DNA of 64,000 bases from the NCBI GenBank assembly GCA_965246715.1, contig CBDFFH010000046.1:32001-96000 (forward strand). Reading direction: 5' to 3'. This DNA comes from Chamaesiphon sp. (GTDB taxonomy: Bacteria; Cyanobacteriota; Cyanobacteriia; Cyanobacteriales; Chamaesiphonaceae). The notes beneath the pieces are model-generated. The model was not told the DNA's origin and ran no database searches. It worked only from the letters and a program-made list of their open reading frames with translations. The stretch's first letter is position 1, and every line of letters begins with the position of its first letter. A program made the translations under genes and the position numbers. Shown piece after piece: positions 1-11,430 of this stretch.

Positions 1-1
1 A

Positions 2-1678
2 CAGGTATTTGCTGATAGTGGCGAAGCGATGCAGTTGGTACGGGACTACGAGATCGTCTCTGAGAAATTAGCACATCCAGGGAATCATGAATCGACGGAA
101 TTATTAGGTCGATTATCTACGATTATGCAGCGGATGGACGCGGTGAATGCGTGGGAATTGGAAACTAAAGCGAAGATTATTCTAACTAAATTAGGAATCG
201 TTGATTTTGATGCGAAAGTCGGTGATTTATCAGGAGGTTATCGCAAACGGATCGCGCTGGCGGCGGCGTTATTATCGGAGCCAGATGCCTTACTGATGGA
301 CGAGCCGACGAACCATTTAGATGCACTGTCTGTGGAATGGTTGCAGGAATATTTAACTCGCTATCGCGGTGCAATTTTGTTGATTACACACGATCGCTAT
401 TTCTTGGATAAAGTCACCAATCGGATTATCGAGATCGATCGCGGCGATATTTATACTTATAGTGGTAACTATACTTATTATTTAGAGAAGAAGGCTTTAG
501 AAGAGGATTCTGCCGCTAGTTCGCAGAAGAAACATGCTGGACTCCTCCGTCGTGAATTAGCTTGGTTACGACGCGGCGCAAAAGCCCGTAGTACCAAACA
601 AAAAGCCCGGATCGGACGGGCGGAAGATCTACAGGAAAAAGAATTCAAACAATCTACTGGGAAGGTCGATATTTCGACACCGACGCGACGGATTGGTAAG
701 AAAGTTATTGAAGTAATGGGTGTCTCGAAAAGTTATGGAGATCGCCAGTTAATTTCTGACTTTACTTATGAATTTTCACCGGACGATCGGATCGGGATTA
801 TCGGCGAAAATGGCACTGGTAAATCTACGTTAATGGATATTTGTACGGGTCGATTGGCACCGGACAAAGGTACTGTAGACATCGGGACAACGATTCATAT
901 CGGTTACTTCGACCAACATTCTGAAGACCTACAAGAAGCCGGGAGCGAACAACTCCGAGCGATCGATTATATCAAAGAAGTTGGTGAATACGTCAAAGTT
1001 GCCGATGGTTCGCAAATTAGCGCCTCACAAATGTTGGAACGGTTTCTATTTACCCCGAATCAACAATATACGCCGATTAATAAGCTTTCTGGTGGTGAAA
1101 AACGCCGATTGTTTTTATTACGCGTATTGATGAGTATGCCGAATGTGTTGATTTTAGATGAGCCGACCAACGATCTCGATGTGCAGACATTATCAGTCTT
1201 GGAAGAATATTTATCTGAGTTTAATGGCTGCGTAATCGTGGTTTCACACGATCGCTATTTCCTCGATCGAACTGTTGAGAAAATATTTGCAATCGAAGCT
1301 GAAGGCAAAATTCGCGAATATCCTGGCAATTATTCAGTTTATTTAGACTACAAACAAGCTGAAGCCACCGCCGAAAAATTAGCAGCTAAAAATAATAATG
1401 CAGCCACTCGATCGGTTGCAGTAGCCACAGCACCGGAACCCAGTAAAACCGAAGTTAAAAAACGGCGGCTATCGACTTGGGAAGAGCGGGAATTTAACAA
1501 ACTAGAAGGTAAGATCGCTAGCCTAGAAGCAGATAAGGCTAAACTCGAACAGCAGTTAGCTCATTCACCAACTGCTGACTATAGTCAACTCCAAAAATTA
1601 ACTGCGGAATTGGAAAAATTGAATCATACGATCGATACGACTACCGCACGCTGGATGGAATTAGCGGAGTTTGCCTGA
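2..1678 (+). CDS. ABC-F family ATP-binding protein (Uup-like), 5'-truncated by window edge
   Basis: Two ABC cassettes (LSGG..., LLMDEPTNHLD; GENGTGKST, LILDEPTNDLD) and a C-terminal coiled coil; frame open from position 2. Confidence 0.9.
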   Translation, partial: QVFADSGEAMQLVRDYEIVSEKLAHPGNHESTELLGRLSTIMQRMDAVNAWELETKAKIILTKLGIVDFDAKVGDLSGGYRKRIALAAALLSEPDALLMDEPTNHLDALSVEWLQEYLTRYRGAILLITHDRYFLDKVTNRIIEIDRGDIYTYSGNYTYYLEKKALEEDSAASSQKKHAGLLRRELAWLRRGAKARSTKQKARIGRAEDLQEKEFKQSTGKVDISTPTRRIGKKVIEVMGVSKSYGDRQLISDFTYEFSPDDRIGIIGENGTGKSTLMDICTGRLAPDKGTVDIGTTIHIGYFDQHSEDLQEAGSEQLRAIDYIKEVGEYVKVADGSQISASQMLERFLFTPNQQYTPINKLSGGEKRRLFLLRVLMSMPNVLILDEPTNDLDVQTLSVLEEYLSEFNGCVIVVSHDRYFLDRTVEKIFAIEAEGKIREYPGNYSVYLDYKQAEATAEKLAAKNNNAATRSVAVATAPEPSKTEVKKRRLSTWEEREFNKLEGKIASLEADKAKLEQQLAHSPTADYSQLQKLTAELEKLNHTIDTTTARWMELAEFA

Positions 1679-1903
1679 GCGAGGGGTTCGGAGTAACTAA
1701 TTTCAGACAATTATAGGTAGATTGTAATTAATGTCAAATGTAGACGAATGGAAAATTTGTGTCGATCGAGTGGAACTTCCGATCTCGTGCAAGCCGTCAC
1801 AACATCAGGAGCGGAGCATCCCGATTTATGGGAATTAGAGCGATCTCGATCGCGATGGTAGACTATTCCGCTACAATTAGTTGGAAATTCACGGTTAGAC
1901 GTT

Positions 1904-3052
1904 GTGAGTAACATCCCCCCTCTCGACCTTAAACGACAGTATCAAGCAATCAGTGCCGATCTTAATGCGGCGGTACTCGAAGTTTTGGCATCGGGTGCCT
2001 ATATTGGCGGCCCGATGGTACAGAGTTTCGAGCAACAATTTGCGAGTTATGTCGGCACCACTGAATGCATCGGCTGCAATTCGGGCACAGATGCGCTGTA
2101 TCTTGCCTTGAGAGCCATGCAGATCGGGATGGGGGATGAAGTAATCACCTCACCCTTTACCTTTATCGCCACTGCCGAAACCATTAGTGCGGTTGGTGCA
2201 AAGCCAGTATTTGTCGATATCGATCCTGCTACTTTCAATCTCGATCTCGATCGCTTGGCAGCAGCGATTACCCCCCGCACTAGGGCAATTATGCCAGTGC
2301 ATCTATTTGGTAAACCACTAGATATGACTGCGGTAATGTCGATCGCTAACCAGCATAACCTAATCGTCATCGAAGATTGCGCCCAGGCAACGGGTGCGAC
2401 CTGGAATGGTAAGCGAGTTGGCAGTATCGGACATTTTGGCTGTTTTAGCTTCTTCCCGACCAAAAATCTCGGCGGTTGTGGTGACGGTGGCGCGATTACA
2501 CTCAACGATCCAGAGCTAGCTGCCGATTTACGGATGTTTCGCGAACATGGCAGCCGTCAGCGATATTATCATGAAGCGATCGGTGTCAACAGCCGTCTCG
2601 ATGCCATTCAAGCCGCAGTTTTGCAGGTAAAACTCCCATATCTCGATCGGTGGAACCAGCAACGCGAGCGAGTCGCCACCCAATATCAAGAGTTGCTTGC
2701 CAACGTACCGGGAATTATTACCCCGCAACCAATTCCTGGCGGCGAATCGGTTTGGAATCAATACACGATTAGATTAATCGCCCCTACTGGTGTCGATCCT
2801 GCCGCATATCGCGATCGAGTGCGTGCTAGTCTTCAGGCAGCTGGCGTAATTTCGATGATTTATTACCCGCTCCCCCTCCATTTACAAGCGGTTTACCAAG
2901 ATCTCGGCCACCCCGCTGGCAGTTTCCCCGTTACCGAACTAGTCAGCCATCAAGTACTCTCGCTACCGATGTTCCCCGAACTGACTTTTGAGGAGCAGCA
3001 ACGGGTAGTATATGCCCTCAAAGATGCGAGCGATCTTGGCGTTAACTGCTAA
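1904..3052 (+). CDS. DegT/DnrJ/EryC1/StrS family PLP-dependent aminotransferase
   Basis: NSGTDAL, PVHLFG, IEDCAQA, SFFPTKNLG motifs. Confidence 0.92.
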   Translation: MSNIPPLDLKRQYQAISADLNAAVLEVLASGAYIGGPMVQSFEQQFASYVGTTECIGCNSGTDALYLALRAMQIGMGDEVITSPFTFIATAETISAVGAKPVFVDIDPATFNLDLDRLAAAITPRTRAIMPVHLFGKPLDMTAVMSIANQHNLIVIEDCAQATGATWNGKRVGSIGHFGCFSFFPTKNLGGCGDGGAITLNDPELAADLRMFREHGSRQRYYHEAIGVNSRLDAIQAAVLQVKLPYLDRWNQQRERVATQYQELLANVPGIITPQPIPGGESVWNQYTIRLIAPTGVDPAAYRDRVRASLQAAGVISMIYYPLPLHLQAVYQDLGHPAGSFPVTELVSHQVLSLPMFPELTFEEQQRVVYALKDASDLGVNC

Positions 3053-3121
3053 TTTGCAGCCAATATCGGCCTAATTAACGTCAGCGCGGCGCATCCGCTT
3101 TTTACGTCGGGAAACCCTTGG

Positions 3122-3692
3122 AGCCAGCATTCCGCAGGTAAATCACGAAAGAAGGTAATATTTGCGGCAAGGAGCACCAAAGAACTGGAGAATCCATAAC
3201 CGCTCGGTGGTGAGATTGGTGATGTGTTTGTGACCATCAAAAGTGAGTAAATGAATGGACATCAAACATTGAAACATCCATCGAAGAGTAGGTTTAGCAG
3301 TAGACTTACCAACTTGATTCTCAACAGTTTGTTGAGCGTTGTCCAAAGCTTGGCGGAGTGAACGTTGACCAAGACTGTAAACGAGTAGACATAAACCCAT
3401 CCCCATTGCCATCGCCGCGACTCGTTGGGGAGTATTGAGAAAAATACTGGAAGTAAAAAACAGCGGATCTTTGAGAAAGCGAGAACCACGCTCAGTAGAC
3501 TGCTGCGCCTTATATTCGGTCAGGACATCCTCATCACTGAGAACTTGCTCATCAAGGACATTAAAATGTTTGAGGGCTGAGGTAGCTGAGGCTAGCTTTT
3601 TGGAGCGACAACTAAAGCATCGATATCCCATTGTTGCATGAACTGTGTCGCTAATTTTCCAAACATTGCTGAGTCGGTTTCATTTCCATTGT
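3122..3692 (-). pseudogene. IS1634-family transposase remnant with internal deletions
   Basis: C-terminal motifs YKAQQSTERGSRFLKDPLFF and KPTLRWMFQ; an upstream piece in another frame reads DSAMFGKLATQFMQQWDIDALVVA; most of the gene is missing. Confidence 0.8.
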
Positions 3693-3803
3693 TTCTGTTA
3701 GTCCTGACTCCTATGTCAATCACCACTTAGATTTTTATGGTAATTACACACATTTATCAATTCTTATTTGCCATATTTACTATCGAGCGAGCATACTAAG
3801 TAG

Positions 3804-3953
3804 TGCAGAGCCAAAACTCAAAGATTAAAAACTGTAATTACTTCCAAAAGCAAGAATGAAAATATCTGGTTCCGAGCCTTTAGCAGCTTATTTTTACCAA
3901 TCTCACTGTTAGTAGGCTTGTTCTTCCTAATCTATCGCGCTCAACGGCAATAA
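3804..3953 (+). pseudogene. Fragment homologous to the second TM helix of the adjacent FtsH
   Basis: Translates NENIWFRAFSSLFLPISLLVGLFFLIYRAQRQ* versus [33 protein letters not shown] in ftsH; no in-frame ATG/GTG after the upstream TAG at 3801. Confidence 0.6.
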
Positions 3954-4337
3954 ATTGGGGAGCTGAACGTCAATATTAAAGATGGGGCTGCCAGATCGAT
4001 CGACCTCAGAAATTCGGTAATCCACCCGCTGCCGACTCAATAATGCGATCGCGTCCGTGGGTAAACTAGAATATACGCACCAGTATCCATTAGGGGATAA
4101 CGGGTAAATTAGCGATTATTAACATCGTCAGCAGTGAATTAGCACCATTTATCCGAAAAACTTTGGATTTACCCTATCGATCGAATGAGAGAAGAGTTAA
4201 CATAAGTTAATACAAGGATAAAAAACGCCAATTTATTGACGGCGTATCACTGGATAGCACGGCACTGAATGAGTCACTCAAACCCAACAAAGTCAACCGC
4301 TACCAGTCACCAGACACTAATATAGGAGCACATATAC

Positions 4338-6185
4338 GTGAATAATAAGCGGTGGAGAAATGCCGGACTGTACGTCCTGTTGGCGGTTGTAGCGATCGCC
4401 CTGGCAACCACATTTTTAGAAAAACCCAACCCAGCCCAAAAAACTTTAAAGTATAGTCAGTTCATCCAAGAGGTGAAACAGGGGAATATCGAGAACGTTG
4501 GTTTGAGTGCCGATCGGAGCAAAGCCTTAGTTCAGGAAAAAGACGGTACGAAACTATCTGTCAATCTCCCACCCAACGACAATCAACTGATCGATATCCT
4601 GACTACCAATGTCAAGGGAAACATTTACGTTCTACCCCAGAATGATGATAGTGTCTGGTTCCGGGTACTGAGCAGCTTATTCTTCCCAGTCTTGTTATTA
4701 GTCGGTTTATTCCTCCTCCTCCGTCGCGCTCAGAGCGGCCCAGGCAACCAAGCGATGAACTTTGGTAAATCCAAAGCTCGCGTGCAAATGGAACCCCAAA
4801 CCCAAGTTACCTTTGGCGATGTCGCTGGCATCGACCAAGCTAAATTGGAACTCAATGAAGTTGTAGACTTCCTTAAAAATGCCGATCGGTTTACCGCGCT
4901 CGGTGCCAAAATTCCTAAAGGTGTCCTGTTAGTCGGCCCTCCAGGTACTGGTAAAACCCTTCTAGCTCGTGCGGTAGCTGGTGAAGCTGGCGTACCATTC
5001 TTCAGCATCTCCGGTTCGGAATTCGTCGAAATGTTTGTTGGTGTGGGTGCATCCCGCGTCCGCGACTTGTTCGAGCAAGCCAAAGCCCAAGCACCTTGTA
5101 TCGTCTTCATCGATGAAATCGATGCTGTCGGTCGTCAACGGGGCGCAGGCATGGGTGGTGGTAATGACGAACGGGAACAAACCCTGAACCAATTACTCAC
5201 CGAGATGGATGGATTTGAGGGCAATACGGGGATTATTATTATCGCCGCTACCAACCGTCCTGACGTATTGGATTCGGCACTATTACGCCCAGGTCGTTTC
5301 GATCGCCAAGTTGTGGTAGATCGTCCCGATTACGCTGGTCGTCTAGAAATCCTTAACGTTCACGCTCGTGGTAAAACATTGGCTAAAGATGTCGATCTCG
5401 AACGCATTTCCCGTCGGACTCCTGGTTTCACAGGTGCAGACTTAGCCAACCTCTTGAATGAAGCCGCAATCTTAGCAGCACGTCGCAGCTTGACCGAAAT
5501 CTCCATGGATGAAGTTAACGATGCGATCGATCGCGTACTCGCTGGCCCAGAGAAGAAAGACCGCGTGATGAGCGAGAAACGTAAAACACTCGTTGCTTAT
5601 CATGAAGCTGGTCATGCCTTAGTTGGCGCGCTGATGCCCGACTACGACCCCGTTCAAAAAATCAGCATCATCCCACGCGGTCGTGCTGGCGGTCTGACTT
5701 GGTTTACGCCGAGTGAAGATCGGATGGAATCTGGTTTATACAGCCGTTCCTACCTTCAAAATCAAATGGCAGTCGCCCTCGGCGGTCGGATTGCCGAAGA
5801 ACTGATTTTTGGTGAAGAAGAAGTTACCACGGGTGCTTCCAATGACCTCCAACAAGTCGCTCGCGTCGCCCGTCAAATGGTAATGCGCTTTGGAATGAGC
5901 GAGAAACTCGGCCCCGTTGCGCTCGGTCGTCAGCAAGGTAACATGTTCCTCGGTCGTGATATCGCCTCCGAACGCGACTTCTCCGAAGAAACAGCTGCTG
6001 TCATCGATGATGAAGTCAGCCAGTTAGTTGCTGAAGCTTATCGTCGTGCTAAGGATGTCTTACTGGGCAACAAGCATGTCCTCGACAAACTCGCAAACAT
6101 GTTAGTCGATAAAGAGACTGTCGATTCGGAAGAACTTCAGGATCTACTCGCTACCAACGATGTGAAAATGGCTGCGATCGCATAG
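4338..6185 (+). CDS. ftsH: ATP-dependent zinc metalloprotease FtsH (FtsH3-type)
   Basis: Two TM helices, [22 protein letters not shown]-terminus KRWRNAGLY typical of cyanobacterial FtsH3. Confidence 0.97.
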   Translation: MNNKRWRNAGLYVLLAVVAIALATTFLEKPNPAQKTLKYSQFIQEVKQGNIENVGLSADRSKALVQEKDGTKLSVNLPPNDNQLIDILTTNVKGNIYVLPQNDDSVWFRVLSSLFFPVLLLVGLFLLLRRAQSGPGNQAMNFGKSKARVQMEPQTQVTFGDVAGIDQAKLELNEVVDFLKNADRFTALGAKIPKGVLLVGPPGTGKTLLARAVAGEAGVPFFSISGSEFVEMFVGVGASRVRDLFEQAKAQAPCIVFIDEIDAVGRQRGAGMGGGNDEREQTLNQLLTEMDGFEGNTGIIIIAATNRPDVLDSALLRPGRFDRQVVVDRPDYAGRLEILNVHARGKTLAKDVDLERISRRTPGFTGADLANLLNEAAILAARRSLTEISMDEVNDAIDRVLAGPEKKDRVMSEKRKTLVAYHEAGHALVGALMPDYDPVQKISIIPRGRAGGLTWFTPSEDRMESGLYSRSYLQNQMAVALGGRIAEELIFGEEEVTTGASNDLQQVARVARQMVMRFGMSEKLGPVALGRQQGNMFLGRDIASERDFSEETAAVIDDEVSQLVAEAYRRAKDVLLGNKHVLDKLANMLVDKETVDSEELQDLLATNDVKMAAIA

Positions 6186-6294
6186 TTAGCTAACAGTTAT
6201 CGGTTGACATTATTCAGCTCCAGCCTACACCGGACTTTAATTAAGTTGGTGTAGGCTTTGTGATGATTGTAGAGACACAACATGTATCTGCCCC

Positions 6295-6327
6295 ATATCC
6301 CCGACTTCTCCAAGAAGTCGGGGATAT
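6295..6327. terminator. Inverted repeat between convergent genes; second copy at 21702-21740
   Basis: ATATCCCCGACTTCT-CCA-AGAAGTCGGGGATAT followed by a T-run. Confidence 0.65.
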
Positions 6328-6441
6328 TTTTTCGGCGTTGGTGAATTGCGGTATGAATTGCCCCTACCGTAAATTTCCAAGATTGCAGCGACAGTAAATT
6401 ATTCCTGAATTCAGCAATGCCATTTTCTCCACTAGCTCGCA

Positions 6442-7119
6442 CTAACGAGTTATTACCAACATTTCATTACCACCAGGTTGAAGCTCATATTCGACTGGAA
6501 CGATCCGAGATTGAAAGCCTGCATTTTGAACCAGCTGGCACAATCGATCGAGATATGGAGATCGATCCCACATCAATGTTAACAATGGAAAGATCCGTAA
6601 CTCATTGGTATGTTCGAGTAACTTAGTCACAGCTTGCGCGTGAAACTCCCAACCGAGTTGCTCCGAGTACAGTAGTAGAAAATGAGAACATAAAATTAGA
6701 TCGTAAAATTCATTATTGAGTGCATTTGGTACTTCACCAGCAACATATCTACCCGCAATTTTCCCCACATCGTAATCCGCCAAAAATAACTTGAGTGCTA
6801 GCTCGCGATAGTGGCGTAAGTCCGCTGGAGATTTATGAAATTTCCACACCCAGTCTTGGGGATTACTTTCGATTTGACCGATAATTACATCGACACAATT
6901 GTTAAATCTTTGTTGAATTTCGGCACCGCTAAAATGGTAAATCGGATCGATCGCGGTGGCTCGATATCCCAGCGCAAACATCTCGGCAGTAAAGCTAGCA
7001 GGCCCTGCGCCGATATCTAAGATCTGCCGCTGGAGATCGCTATCGGTCAAATTAAACATCAATCGATACTCTGCTAAGGTTCTTCCAAATGGAACCACAT
7101 TATCCAATTGCATTGCCAT
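6442..7119 (-). CDS. SAM-dependent methyltransferase
   Basis: ILDIGAGPASF motif I, YDLILCSHFLLLY. Confidence 0.8.
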   Translation of the reverse strand: MAMQLDNVVPFGRTLAEYRLMFNLTDSDLQRQILDIGAGPASFTAEMFALGYRATAIDPIYHFSGAEIQQRFNNCVDVIIGQIESNPQDWVWKFHKSPADLRHYRELALKLFLADYDVGKIAGRYVAGEVPNALNNEFYDLILCSHFLLLYSEQLGWEFHAQAVTKLLEHTNELRIFPLLTLMWDRSPYLDRLCQLVQNAGFQSRIVPVEYELQPGGNEMLVITR

Positions 7120-7433
7120 AGATTATAAATATGCAGGATGTCTATAATAGATAGACTTACTTTGTTAATTACAAAACAAGCTGCTTTACCAAGCTAATTT
7201 CGTTAGCGTAGCGGTACTTTTAGCAAATCGACCATTCCAACACTTTGTTAGCACGGTCGGGTCGCTAGTCTTTACCAATCTTAATCGTAAAGGCGATCGC
7301 GATCGCCGATCGGAAAATGCCAGTTTCGGACAGTAATACCGGACATAATTGTCTGAGTTGACTCTGCTTACTTACAGCATTCCCAGCGACAAAATTATCA
7401 GGAACTTATTGACTGTTAAACACTTCAAACAAA

Positions 7434-8036
7434 TTGTACCCCCGAACCACAATTCGCTCGATTGGTCTCACACCTCGTCATATGACAACTCCACACACTC
7501 AAAGCACCCTGCACCGTTTTTCTCGTCCGTTACTACTGGGAATGATGGCTAGTTTCCTCAGTATTTTAGGTGGTATCGTTCCCGATCTGAGCGCCCAAAA
7601 ACCCAGCCAAATCTTTGGCAGTGCAGCGCGAGCGGATGAAACTATCAATCCCCCTCGCCGTAACCATACTAGTACATCGAGCCAACTCAAACCAGCCCGC
7701 AAAGCAAATATAGCTCAAGCTGGAGAAGAGTTTAGCGATGCCGATTTGCGTAATTATGCGTCGGCATTAATGCAAATCGAACCGATTCGTCAATCGACAT
7801 TAGCCCAAGTAATCCGTGCTAATGGTGGTGGCACCTTACCCAATCTTGTCTGCAATCAGCCGAGTACGATGGATTCATTAAATAGTGAGGCCAAAGCGCT
7901 GTTCGTTAGATATTGCAATCAATCTGAAAATATTGCTGCGAGTAAGGGATTGAATATCGACAAATTCAATCAGATTACCCAATCGGTTCGCTCTAATCCT
8001 CAACTTCAAAATCGAGTGCGCGCTTTTATGAATTAA
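7434..8036 (+). CDS. DUF4168-like exported protein (start may be ATG 7482)
   Basis: Signal-like hydrophobic stretch; YASALMQIEPIRQ...C...YCNQS...FNQIT pattern. Confidence 0.65.
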   Translation: MYPRTTIRSIGLTPRHMTTPHTQSTLHRFSRPLLLGMMASFLSILGGIVPDLSAQKPSQIFGSAARADETINPPRRNHTSTSSQLKPARKANIAQAGEEFSDADLRNYASALMQIEPIRQSTLAQVIRANGGGTLPNLVCNQPSTMDSLNSEAKALFVRYCNQSENIAASKGLNIDKFNQITQSVRSNPQLQNRVRAFMN

Positions 8037-8085
8037 TCGGTCAAAATATAATCATCACGATCGTCTATCGAGGTCAAATCCGCTC

Positions 8086-8529
8086 TTGTCTATCGTACTC
8101 AGTCAAAGGTTGCATCATCACCATTACGCTTCACCGATCCCCCATCTCCTTGGGCTGACAGCCGAAGAACGCACCCGCAGTCGCCATCACTTTGTCACTG
8201 ACGACGCAACTCCCGTTTATCTGCAATTACCACGCGGTACAATCCTCCAGGATGGGGACATTCTCACATCGGACACAGGTGATATCTTCGTCAAAGTTGC
8301 TGCCAAGCCAGAGCCAGTTTTGACAGTTACTAGCAGCGACTCGATCGATCTACTCCGTGCTGCTTATCATTTAGGTAATCGCCATGTCAGTCTCGAAATC
8401 ACCCCCGAATACCTCCGCCTGAGTCCCGATCCTGTTTTGGAGGGGATGTTAGTACAGTTAGGTTTACAAGTCGCCCATGAAGTTGCTCCATTTCGACCAC
8501 AAGCTGGTGCTTATAGCCATCAGCATTAG
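8086..8529 (+). CDS. ureE: Urease accessory protein UreE
   Basis: LPRGTILQDGD, AAYHLGNRH, PFRPQAGAY. Confidence 0.92.
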   Translation: MSIVLSQRLHHHHYASPIPHLLGLTAEERTRSRHHFVTDDATPVYLQLPRGTILQDGDILTSDTGDIFVKVAAKPEPVLTVTSSDSIDLLRAAYHLGNRHVSLEITPEYLRLSPDPVLEGMLVQLGLQVAHEVAPFRPQAGAYSHQH

Positions 8530-8544
8530 GCCTAAATAGGCAGA

Positions 8545-9306
8545 TCAATGCCACCAAATCGCGATAGCGATGGCGACGACCGCACCGATGATTGTATTGA
8601 TGACATTGACTAGTTCGTTTGTTAGCCAATCGAATTTATTTTGGATCGTCGCACCGATCACACTTTCGAAGTTAGTAGCGACAAAAGCAGCAATTGCGCA
8701 AATAACCACACCTGGTAACGTAATTAGATCGAAACCATAAGCAACCACCGAAATAATTAACCCGCCCAGTATCCCCGCGAGCGTACCTTCTAGACTGATC
8801 GCACCTTCGGTACCTCTAGGTACGGGTTGAAGCGTGGTAATTAAAAAAGTACTTTTTCCATAAGCTTTACCAACTTCACTAGCAGTAGTATCGGCTAATT
8901 TAGTTGCAAAACTTGCTACATAACCCAATAATAATAACGATCGCCACTGTGGATCGAGCCATCCTAATTGCACCGCTGCCACACCGAGCGCACAGATTGT
9001 AGCAGTAAAAGCCGAACCCCAAACATTTTCTGGGCCTCTAGCGCCGCCTCGTTTTTCGGCAATGCCTTCAGCTTCTTTTTGCGCCATCCCGATCCGTGTT
9101 ACTGCCGAACCGACAAGAAAGTAAAACATCACTACGCCATAGCCCCGCCAGCCCAAAGTACCCCAGACTACCACCCCTAATGCCCATGCATGTAGTAGGC
9201 CGGCTGGTGTCAGTAACTTTTTAGGAATAATTGTTGCTACAAGTAGTAAGATTGAATTCAACCCGATCGCTGCCAACCACGGATTCTCGAACACAGTGTT
9301 TAACAT
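8545..9306 (-). CDS. DUF92/TIGR00297 family membrane protein
   Basis: GARGPENVWGS, ADTTASEVG, GTEGAISLEGT. Confidence 0.88.
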   Translation of the reverse strand: MLNTVFENPWLAAIGLNSILLLVATIIPKKLLTPAGLLHAWALGVVVWGTLGWRGYGVVMFYFLVGSAVTRIGMAQKEAEGIAEKRGGARGPENVWGSAFTATICALGVAAVQLGWLDPQWRSLLLLGYVASFATKLADTTASEVGKAYGKSTFLITTLQPVPRGTEGAISLEGTLAGILGGLIISVVAYGFDLITLPGVVICAIAAFVATNFESVIGATIQNKFDWLTNELVNVINTIIGAVVAIAIAIWWH

Positions 9307-9384
9307 ATTTTTAGCTGTATTCTCTCAGGTTTGTGCTTAGTTATTTGTTATTAGTAAACTAGATCTAGCCACGGATCGCTATTT

Positions 9385-9819
9385 ATGACTGAAACTATTT
9401 TTCACCTGGCCTTTCCGATCTCGAATATTCCCGATACCAAGAAATTTTACATCGATGGTTTAGGTTGCAACGCAGGTCGAGAAACGCCAAACTCGCTAAT
9501 TCTCAATCTGTACGGACATCAACTGGTCTCGCATATCACTAAAGAACCATTAGGGTTACAAACAGGCATTTATCCGCGTCATTTTGGGATTGTCTTCACT
9601 ACTTTAGCTGACTGGCAAGCATTATTCGATCGAGCTACTGATAAACAATTAAAATTTTACCAGACAGCAAAACATCGTTTCCCTGGTGAGATTACCGAGC
9701 ATCGGACATTTTTCCTCGCCGATCCGTTTGCAAATTTATTAGAATTTAAATATTATACTCATCCTGCAGCGATTTTTGGCGCGCGAGAATTTACTCAAAT
9801 CGGTGACTCGACGGGTTGA
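9385..9819 (+). CDS. VOC/glyoxalase family protein
   Basis: FHLAFP, PRHFG, FFLADPFANLLEFK. Confidence 0.85.
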   Translation: MTETIFHLAFPISNIPDTKKFYIDGLGCNAGRETPNSLILNLYGHQLVSHITKEPLGLQTGIYPRHFGIVFTTLADWQALFDRATDKQLKFYQTAKHRFPGEITEHRTFFLADPFANLLEFKYYTHPAAIFGAREFTQIGDSTG

Positions 9820-10523
9820 GCGAGTGCAGCGGCGATCGTTTCTAGACAACCGCGATCGAATACCATCAAAGGATGAGCTGCGACTGGCAACATTCGCTCG
9901 GTGCCAATCCCCAGTTGAGAGCTACTCGGCGGTAAAATTATCAGGTCGAACGGTGTCCAGATCGACGTAAAATCTAGCCGCGCTAAGACCGTGAGATCTC
10001 GATTGAGATCTCGCACGAACTTACTGTCAGGGCGCATCTGGACGCAACCAGGACGCGAGGAAAAATAGGCAGCGAGCGTCCCTCGATGCGGACTAGAAAT
10101 CGAAATAAATCGCTGTACCCGCTCGATCCCACCCAGCCGCTGAAGATAATACCGTGCTACCAGTCCACCCATACTAAACCCGATAATGTCGATCGGTTGC
10201 TGTGGTGCAAAGGTTTGACTGACTAAATCTGCTACTTGAGCCGCTAACATTTCTAATCGAGCATCCCCATTATTTGGCTGGAGATCGATCGTGTGTACCT
10301 GCAAACCCAATCCGTGGAGATAACTGGCAATTTTTCGCATCTTGTAGCTGGTATCGGTGATGCCATGAATCAGCAGTACTGGATTGCGCGAGAATTGAGT
10401 GTGCGGCTGGCATAATTGCGCCCGAGCTTTACCGCTATGCCGTAAATGAGAATTTTGGCAATCGGGCATTAGCTTCCGTAATTGATAGGCTAGTCTCGAT
10501 TTTAGCTCGACGACTAACGACAC
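9795..10523 (-). CDS. Alpha/beta-hydrolase (lipase/esterase)
   Basis: LIHGI oxyanion loop, GFSMGG nucleophile elbow, SPHRGT; start uncertain. Confidence 0.85.
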   Translation of the reverse strand: MSLVVELKSRLAYQLRKLMPDCQNSHLRHSGKARAQLCQPHTQFSRNPVLLIHGITDTSYKMRKIASYLHGLGLQVHTIDLQPNNGDARLEMLAAQVADLVSQTFAPQQPIDIIGFSMGGLVARYYLQRLGGIERVQRFISISSPHRGTLAAYFSSRPGCVQMRPDSKFVRDLNRDLTVLARLDFTSIWTPFDLIILPPSSSQLGIGTERMLPVAAHPLMVFDRGCLETIAAALAQPVESPI

Positions 10524-10670
10524 CTGGATTTTTGAGTGACAGTAGCTAAACTGTCACAAAACTGTCCAATGCTAAGGAGTAAAGTTTTGTTAAACTTTGT
10601 AATCCGCCCTTGCGCTTGCCATTGCTCAAATTTGATAATTCGATCTATGTAATCAGATAAATAATTTACC

Positions 10671-11099
10671 GTGTTTAAAAAGCTCTTTGGCAAAAAAAAT
10701 GATGGCTTTTATCTTCAACTAGAAGATGAGAAGGATACCCCAAAACCAGCCGCTAAAGCTAAATCGGCACCACCTGCTAGTGTTGCTCCAGATCCAGTAG
10801 TTACCGCGCCTGCAGCCGTGCCTGTGGCTCCTGCGGCTACTACCCCAGCTGCGCCTGCTGAGAAAGCGGCCAAAAAGTCTATCAAAAAGTCTACTAATAA
10901 GACAGAAACTGACCAGAAAGTAGAAGAGATGAAATTACCTGTATCAGCTCCTGTTGCTGCTCCAGCAATTACTAGCTTTGCTAGTGATTATCTAATCAAG
11001 CCTTCTAGCGATAGCAGTCGTCGCCGTCCTGGTGCAAACATGAATGCATTTTTAGATATGGCACGCCAAGCTAAAAAGCAAGAACCTTTCAAAAAATAG
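10671..11099 (+). CDS. Hypothetical protein with Ala/Pro-rich linker
   Basis: Clean ORF; termini FYLQLED and SRRRPGANMNAFLDMARQ resemble a conserved cyanobacterial hypothetical. Confidence 0.7.
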   Translation: MFKKLFGKKNDGFYLQLEDEKDTPKPAAKAKSAPPASVAPDPVVTAPAAVPVAPAATTPAAPAEKAAKKSIKKSTNKTETDQKVEEMKLPVSAPVAAPAITSFASDYLIKPSSDSSRRRPGANMNAFLDMARQAKKQEPFKK

Positions 11100-11185
11100 C
11101 AAATAAATCATGAGTTATGAATGATGAATTGTTAGCGGGTAAGACGTTCGATTATTTTTAAATATTTAACATATTTTTATGTAAT

Positions 11186-11367
11186 TAACCCAAGTTGTTA
11201 CCTATAACCCCAGCGGTTAGAAACCGCCGCTCTGCGAAGGCAGACGCTCCGCGAACGGAGTGCAAAGTCCGCCTTCGCGGACTGAATTTCTTAGTCCGCG
11301 AAGGCGGACTTTGCAATATTAGCAGCGACTTTAGTCGCAGGTAATCAGTAGGTAGTAACTTAGGTTA
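11186..11367. repeat. MITE-like dispersed repeat with TAACCCAAGTTG ends and central AAAGTCCGCCTTCGCGGACT double hairpin
   Basis: Terminal inverted repeats; inverted homologue at 39121-39278; carries a ~24-bp extra insert at 11232-11255. Confidence 0.8.
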
Positions 11368-11430
11368 ATTATGCAAGCGATCGACTCGATTATCGTTCGT
11401 GATTTATAGTTCATAACTCATAATTCGTAT

